Below are positions 57,701 to 64,000 of a DNA stretch of 64,000 nt, piece after piece (within the stretch, counting starts at the first letter, position 1; every line of letters begins with the position of its first letter). The stretch lies in assembly GCA_964016885.1 (NCBI GenBank), contig OZ024742.1, positions 348,936,001 through 349,000,000 on the forward strand. Reading direction: 5' to 3'. The translations under genes and the position numbers were made by a program. Origin of the DNA: Eledone cirrhosa. Lineage: Eukaryota. Under the pieces are notes generated by a model, which made no database searches, was not told the DNA's origin, and was given only the letters and a program-made list of their open reading frames with translations.

Positions 57701-59349
57701 CTGGACAGTGGGGGAGACAAACCACTGAGGTGAGGGACTCCAGGATCAAACCAGACTCTGGACAGTGGGGGAGACAAACCACTGAGGTGAAGGACTCCAG
57801 GATCAAACCAGACTCTGGACAGTGGGGGAGACAAACCACTGAGGTGAAGGACTCCAGGATCAAACCAAACTCTGGACAGTGGGGGAGACAAACCACTGAG
57901 GTGAGGGACTCCAGGATCAAACCAGACTGTGGACAGTGGGGGAGACAAACCACTGAGGTGAGGGACTCCAGGATCAAACCAGACTCTGGACAGTGGGGGA
58001 GACAAACCACTGAGGTGAGGGACTCCAGGATCAAACCAGACTCTGGACAGTGGGGGAGACAAACCACTGAGGTGAAGGACTCCAGGATCAAACCAGACTC
58101 TGGACAGTGGGGGAGACAAACCACTGAGGCGAGGGACTCCAGGATCAAACCAGACTCTGGACAGTGGGGGAGACAAACCACTGAGGTGAGGGACTACAGG
58201 ATCAAACCAGACTCTGGACAGTGGGGGAGACAAACCACTGAGGTGAGGGACTCCAGGATCAAACCAGACTCTGGACAGTGGGGGAGACAAACCACTGAGG
58301 TGAGGGACTCCAGGATCAAACCAGACTCTGGACAGTGGGGGAGACAAACCACTGAGATGAAGGACTCCAGGATCAAACCAAACTCTGGACAGTGGGGGAG
58401 ACAAACCACTGAGGTGAAGGACTCCAGGATCAAACCAGACTCTGGACAGTGGGGGAGACAAACCACTGAGGTGAGGGACTACAGGATCAAACCAAACTGT
58501 GGACAGTGGGGGAGACAAACCACTGAGGTGAAGGACTCCAGGATCAAACCAGACTCTGGACAGTGGGGGAGACAAACCACTGAGGTGAGGGACTCCAGGA
58601 TCAAACCAGACTCTGGACAGTGGGGGAGACAAACCACTGAGGTGAGGGACTCCAGGATCAAACCAAACTCTGGACAGTGGGGGAGACAAACCACTGAGGT
58701 GAGGGACTCCAGGATCAAACCAGACTCTGGACAGTGGGGGAGACAAACCACTGAGGTGAAGGACTCCAGGATCAAACCAGACTCTGGACAGTGGGGGAGA
58801 CAAACCACTGAGGTGAGGGACTCCAGGATCAAACCAGACTCTGGACAGTGGGGGAGACAAACCACTGAGGTGAGGGACTCCAGGATCAAACCAGACTCTG
58901 GACAGTGGGGGAGACAAACCACTGAGGTGAGGGACTCCAGGATCAAACCAGACTCTGGACAGTGGGGGAGACAAACCACTGAGGTGAGGGACTACAGGAT
59001 CAAACCAGACTGTGGTGGTACCAGCGGACAGAATAGAAACAGTGTTATATCTTAGAGGATAGCGAGGGACAGGACCTCCAAGAGAAATTTTGCAAGGCGA
59101 TATAAGACCTATTTGGGTCCCGAACAGGTAATGATCTTTCTCAAAATAGATGTTGTATGGTTGCTGTGAGGCCTTCTTAGCTGTTGGGCCCCGGAACAAA
59201 GTACCAGCTGGACCCCCCCCCCCCCTCTCATAGGGCCGGGCTAGAGAAACGTGTTGAGACACCAACTGATGGGTGTCACTTGTACTGTGGCCAACTCTGG
59301 CAGGGTTTAAGGAGGTGGTAGAAGGACCAAGAATATTGGAAGTTTCCAC
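48772..59349 (-). CDS. Doubtful 3,525-codon open frame consisting of 178 x (VWFDPGVPHLSGLSPPLSR) with unique flanks; coding status unproven
   Basis: The ORF track shows no stop over 10.6 kb. Against coding: it starts at GTG, has no Met before the array, shows no recognisable domain, and its stop lies inside the putative Helitron end. Confidence 0.15.
48865..59015. repeat. 57-bp minisatellite, 178 full copies (TCTGGACAGTGGGGGAGACAAACCACTGAGGTGAGGGACTCCAGGATCAAACCAGAC)
   Basis: Units start at 48865+57n, and 48865+178x57=59011 lands on the last partial unit (TGTGG), so there is no net length change. I saw only substitution variants. Confidence 0.98.
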
Positions 59350-59487
59350 TGCCCCATGTTCAACGATGACTGAGAATTCTTTCTAATGTTTTTGTTATTA
59401 AAATAAATCTAGAAACAGTTTCGACAACTCTTCTTGAATTATACTACAGTCGCCTCCCCTGAAATTAAATAAAATAAATTAATTTAT

Positions 59488-60423
59488 TACTCTCGGAGGT
59501 CTCAAATAAAGTGGAGTGGGGATTGGAATAAGTGGGGTTGGGGAGGGTGGTGGTGGAATAAGTGGAGTTAGGGTGGTGGTGGTGGTGGAATAAGTGGGGT
59601 AGGGGTGGGTGGTGGTGGAATAAGTGGGGCAGGGGTGGGTGGTGGTGGAATAAGTGGGGTTGGGGAGGGTGGTGGTGGAATAAGTGGAGTTAGGGTGGTG
59701 GTGGTGGTGGAATAAGTGGGGTAGGGGTGGGTGGTGGTGGAATAAGTGGGGTAGGGGTGGGTGGTGGAATGAGTGGAGTTGGGGAGGGGTGGGTGGTGGT
59801 GGAATAAGTTGGGTGGGGGTGGGTGGTGGTGGTGGAATGAGTGGAGTTGGGGAGGTGTGGGTGGTGGTGGAATAAGTTGGGTGGGGGTGGGTGGTGGTGG
59901 AATAAGTGGGGTAGGGGTGGTGGTGGTGGTGGAATAAGTGGCGTTGGGGAGGGGAGGGCTGTGGTGGAATAAGTGGAGTTGGGGCGGTGGTGGTGGTGGA
60001 ATAAGTGGGGTTGGAGGTGGGGGTGGAATAAGTGGAGTTGAGGAGGGGTGGGTGGTGGTGGAATAAGTGGGGTAGGGGGTTGGAAAATCGGTAATTTTTC
60101 TAGGTTGTCTCCGTTGATTATTTAAAAAAACCCAGAATTAGTCGTTTAGTTTACATATTGAAACCCCGACCCATCCTATTTTATAACGTATGGGATTTCT
60201 AGTAATGTACTTTTTTTGTCATGTATAATGTTTTAAATGTCTAAAGAAAAATTAATTGTCGCAGGAATTCTATCACTTAAAATAAAATTTCACCTGAGAT
60301 AGATTAGTAAAATTTAATAATTGTATGGGGTGGTGGTGGTGGTGTGTGGCTGAAATAAGAACAATGGGGGTGGACAAGTGGGGTGGTTAGGTGGGGTGGA
60401 CAGTTATTAGAGACCCGAGAATA
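59488..60423. mobile_element. Putative TA-flanked non-autonomous DNA transposon (MITE-like) with degenerate terminal inverted repeats
   Basis: Left end TACTCTCGGAGGTCTCAAATAA (59488-59509) versus the reverse complement of the right end, TATTCTCGGGTCTCTAATAA (60404-60423): 2 mismatches and a 2-nt gap. TA at both ends and G-rich subterminal repeats inside both ends. Confidence 0.55.
59505..60083. repeat. G-rich minisatellite, ~18 variable-length units with core GGTGGTGGAATAAGTGG
   Basis: Seen directly. Many G3-G5 runs on the plus strand. Confidence 0.93.
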
Positions 60424-60557
60424 CTAACTATACAATAGTGGAATCAGGGGAGAATATTACCCTTAAAGACAGAAAATCAAGTGAGAGACCCGACAGTATG
60501 TTTTGGGGACGGGAAGAGAACTTATTAGTCTAAATATATTGAACTTAAATATATTGA

Positions 60558-60809
60558 TTTTTTTTTTTTTTTTACAGCTCACACCTATGCAGGTTTAGTT
60601 GGCCTCCCCCAAGGTATATCTCGTTGGAGGTGTCTTGGGTCATTTAATGATAGGGACCCCAGTCCTATCATCTCATTTCTACAGCTGAGTAAACTGGAGC
60701 AACGTGAAATAAAGTGTCTTGCTCAAGGAAACAACACCTCACCCGGTCTGAGAACTCACAACCTTTCGATTGCAAGCCCAATGCTCTAACCACTAAGCCA
60801 TGCACCTTG
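60558..60809 (-). mobile_element. Full-length tRNA-derived SINE with poly(A) tail and 23-bp target-site duplication
   Basis: Minus-strand head TGGCTTAGTGGTTAGAGCATT (A box), core TCCTTGAGCAAGACACTTTATTTCACGTTGCTCCAG, T16 at 60558-60573. ATTAGTCTAAATATATTGAACTT at 60524-60546 and 60810-60832. Confidence 0.88.
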
Positions 60810-60934
60810 ATTAGTCTAAATATATTGAACTTTTACCAATAAAATATGTTTGTGTCTAAAAACAGAATTCGAGATATTGAGCAAGGAATTAACATTATTT
60901 TGCTGTGACTAAAACTATATGTTAAGTAGGATAT

Positions 60935-61110
60935 ATAATTGTTTCTACTTTTGGCACAAGGCCAGCAATTATTGGTACTTTATTTTATCGCTCCCGTAAG
61001 GATGAAAGGAAAAGTTAACCTCGGCGAGATTTGAACTCAGAATGGCAAGGGCCGTAACTCTATGCGTTAAAGCATGGCGCCCGACCCTCTACCGATACTG
61101 CCAATCCGTC
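60935..61110 (-). mobile_element. tRNA-derived SINE, second family (octopus-type), copy a
   Basis: The reverse complement has A box TGGCAGTATCGG, B box GAGTTCAAATC and body GAGGTTAACTTTTCCTTTCATCCTTACGGG. It aligns with 61601-61790. Confidence 0.88.
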
Positions 61111-61600
61111 TTATAAACGAACATTTTTAAAAATTATTACTGATGTTTGTAAATTCTCTATCTCTCCCACCTTGTCTTTCTCACTTCACCTTCTGTTCAT
61201 ATTTTCTCTTCTTGGCTAAAATGTTGGACTTTGTCTTATTTTCAGTTGCAACACATTGGTTTGTAGTAGATATCTTATTTGTAAATAGTCGAAAGACCAA
61301 TCCTCTTCTCTTGCATCCATTTGTCACCGTCCCATGCGCACTGGAAGTAGTGTAGTGATATCAAACATGAAAGAACCGAAACCACAAGGACCTCCAGAGG
61401 TCGACTGGTGTGAAGGGACTGTTCTGTGTTTCGTTCGTTTTTCCGTGCTCATGTTCTTTAACTACATATTATGTTTCAGATAAACAGGGGTAGACGATTC
61501 TATCCAACAGGTTCGAAGGACAGTCTGACGGTTTGAGGAGTACACAATTCTTTCTGTCACCACAGAATTACATTCAATGTTATCGTTATTAGATGGTCTC

Positions 61601-61790
61601 GGTGGATTGGCAGTATCGGTAGAGGGTCGGACGCCATGCTTTGATGTATAGAGTTACAGCCCTTGCCATTTTGAGTTCAAATCCCGCCGAGGTTAACTTT
61701 GCCTTTCATCCTTACGGGGTCGATAAAATAAAGTACCAGTAATGCACTGGGATAATTGCTGGCCTTGTACCAAAAGTAGAAACAATTATT
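61601..61790 (+). mobile_element. tRNA-derived SINE, second family, copy b
   Basis: A box TGGCAGTATCGG, B box GAGTTCAAATCC, body GCCGAGGTTAACTTTGCCTTTCATCCTTACGGGGTCGATAAAATAAAGTACCAG, ATT-type tail. Confidence 0.9.
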
Positions 61791-61807
61791 ATTAGATGCT
61801 CGCTTAT

Positions 61808-62046
61808 GGGCGATGGATTGGCAGTATTGGTGGAGTGTCGGATAACATACTTTATAGCATATAGTTACGGCCCTTTACGTTTTGAGTTCAAATCCCGCAG
61901 AGGTTAGCTTCGTTTTTCATCCTTACGGGGTCAATAAAGCACCAGTAATACACTGGGGACAACTTAATCGACTTTCCCCTCCCCCAAAATTGCTTCAGTT
62001 CGACATCTCTACAGTTTATTGTACCTCATTGTGTCAAAATAGAAAT
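61808..62046 (+). mobile_element. tRNA-derived SINE, second family, more diverged copy c in tandem with copy b
   Basis: Same A/B boxes and body (GAGTTCAAATCCCGCAGAGGTTAGCTTCGTTTTTCATCCTTACGGGGTC). The 3' boundary is approximate. Confidence 0.8.
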
Positions 62047-62339
62047 ATGTAAATTACTGTTCCTAGTGTACCTACATAAGGAAACAAAGAAGACACGACA
62101 CTCTCGTCTGTCTTTTTTCCTTCCTCCCTTAAACATCAACTCTTCTTTCTCTTTTTCTCTTCCGATGAAGAAATAGGTCCGAAACATAACAATTTTTTAC
62201 AACTATATCAAGCATTAAACTAATATACCATCATTGTATTCTATTGACTTTTCCTATATAGATATATATTAAAATTAATAATTTTTATTAAAATTCCGAA
62301 AAATTTATTTTTATTTGATGTAGTTCTTGCTTCACAAAC

Positions 62340-62511
62340 TCATACATATACACATATACACATATACCCTCACATATATATATACATATATACCCTCACA
62401 TACACTCACACATACACTCACACATATACCCTCACATACATTCACACATATACCCCCACATCAAACACACATACAGGAACATAAATGAATACATGCATTT
62501 GTATGTATGTA

Positions 62512-62581
<70 letters not shown>

Positions 62582-62625
62582 AATATGTGTATATAAATAG
62601 GTGTATATGTATGTCTGTGTGTGTT
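62340..62625. repeat. Low-complexity (CA/TA) tract and (TG)n(TA)n microsatellite
   Basis: Seen directly. Pure (TA)n at ~62528-62579. Confidence 0.95.
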
Positions 62626-62787
62626 CATAGAGCAATTGTTTTTAATAAATTCTATCTTAGTGTATCTCATATATTTTCGTTTATTCAATTTAAAAGAAAT
62701 TCTTTAATAAAGGAAAGTTGAGAATAACGCCTAAGAATTAAAATATTGACTTCATCGTTGTTTTGTTTTCCTTCGAAATTTAGTTAC

Positions 62788-62870
62788 GCCTACTTACCAA
62801 CCTAGCTACCTACCTACCTACCTACCTACCTACCTGTGCTACCTATCTATCACTACTGCTACTGCTGCTG

Positions 62871-62918
<48 letters not shown>

Positions 62919-62959
62919 TTACTACCACCACTACTACTACTACTACCACCACCACCACA

Positions 62960-63042
<83 letters not shown>

Positions 63043-63049
63043 CACCACA

Positions 63050-63138
<89 letters not shown>
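62788..63138. repeat. (TACC)n followed by a long (TAC)n/(CAC)n trinucleotide microsatellite
   Basis: Seen directly. Source of the poly-Tyr/poly-Val ORFs. Confidence 0.97.
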
Positions 63139-64000
63139 AATTGGTGCTTTCGACAAGCTAGGATGGAACTTCACATCTTTTTCTGTGGTAGACCTGTACA
63201 GAATGAACCAAACCCCAAATATCTTGGTGTAACATTGAATCGTAGCCTGACCTACGAACGACAAACCCATGTGGAGATCAATTGTTGAGTCCATTTCGGC
63301 TGAGGCCACCGGATGAGATGAGCACATAAAGAGGGTTACTGGTAAGCCAAAGACCAGGATTAATATAATCCGCAAGTTGGCACGAAACAGCTGGGGTCTG
63401 GTCAATACATATTTTGTACTATCTACTTAGCACTTGCATACTCAGTTGCAGAGTACTGTTCGCCTGATTGGGCGGGGAGCTGCCATACCAATCAAGTTGA
63501 CACCATCCTCAACTCAGCAATAAGTATAGTACCTGGCACACTGAAATCTCATATAGCTCCTTCACACATGTGGCGTCAGGAGAGGATCTACGAAGTAGCA
63601 CTTCTTACCAAGTCCAAGTCTGACCTTCCCATCCATGAAGATCTGGAAAACCTCCCTAACATTCTGGGAATCAATGAAGACTCTTCAGGACAATAACTTT
63701 GATCTGAAGGAAGAATGGGAAAGATCATGGAATGAGCCCAAATTTGGCAACCAAAACCTCACCCAGGATCTCACATCTCAACTAGCCAGCTTTGACCTTC
63801 TCAGAAAACAATGGGTGTACCTTAATCAGATCCACACAACACATCCCAGGACAGCCCATCATCTCCATTGATGGAAAATGAAAGACAGCCTGACCAGACT
63901 GACTGTGGGGACCTTGGGACCCTGACCAGACAGCCTGGAAGCAATCCATAATTCTGCAAATGACGTCTTGGTCTGGTTGGCTCAGCAGTCTCGACCTGCC
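63139..64000 (+). mobile_element. Decayed LINE (non-LTR retrotransposon) 3' fragment: end of RT domain plus C-terminal region, probably I-group (Ingi/Vingi-like)
   Basis: Manual translation across frameshifts gives PKYLGVTLNRSLTY, RINIIRKLARNSWG, LALAYSVAEYCSPDW, VDTILNSAISIVPGTLKS and LRKQWVYLNQIHTTH...DCG. These match the order of conserved non-LTR RT thumb and C-terminal motifs. Stops and frameshifts are present. The clade call is from memory. Confidence 0.88.

Noticed and set aside
48837-59055. Long ORFs in the other two frames of the 57-bp array (DSRIKPDSGQWGRQTTEVR and VVCLPHCPESGLILESLTS repeats; the latter has a CxxxC spacing)
   Set aside because: Repeatedly interrupted by stop-creating variants, with non-ATG starts and almost no unique flanks. 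Expected from a 3n unit.
59684-59875. Trp/Gly-rich 63-aa ORF
   Set aside because: Translation of the G-rich minisatellite.
59505-60083. Telomeric repeat
   Set aside because: TTAGGG appears only about twice by chance. The unit is a ~25-35 bp G-rich minisatellite.
61143-61420. 70-aa ORF and acceptor-like sites (TTATTTTCAG on plus, CTACTTCCAG on minus) between the inverted SINEs
   Set aside because: No recognisable homology, and the frames close quickly. Insufficient support for an exon.
60740-61700. tRNA genes suggested by A/B boxes
   Set aside because: The boxes belong to SINE heads followed by SINE bodies. I could not form a complete cloverleaf.
62432-63405. Poly-YI, poly-Tyr/His and poly-Val ORFs
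   Set aside because: Microsatellite translations. Only the part after 63139 reflects LINE-derived sequence.

Overview
Repeat-dominated, non-coding eukaryotic DNA, most likely an octopus/cephalopod (inferred from my recognition of its tRNA-derived SINE families, not from a search). Positions 1-47539 are one head-to-tail 42/44-bp satellite of roughly 1,100 monomers with kilobase-scale higher-order duplications. A ~1.3-kb island follows (promoter-like motifs, a SINE with target-site duplication, a probable non-autonomous Helitron). Next comes a 10.15-kb minisatellite of exactly 178 x 57 bp with no net length change. The last ~5 kb holds a probable MITE carrying a G-rich minisatellite, four SINEs, microsatellites and a decayed LINE. 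There is no CRISPR array, RNA gene or confidently identifiable host gene, and almost all listed ORFs are repeat artefacts. I cannot support a new multi-gene system here. The best leads are: (i) the 57-bp array sits in one stop-free minus-strand frame that extends ~123 codons into unique sequence; (ii) the same unit carries a plus-strand splice-donor motif where its variants cluster; (iii) the large satellite monomer is built around a YY1-type motif inside a hairpin; (iv) an inverted SINE pair could form an editing-competent dsRNA.
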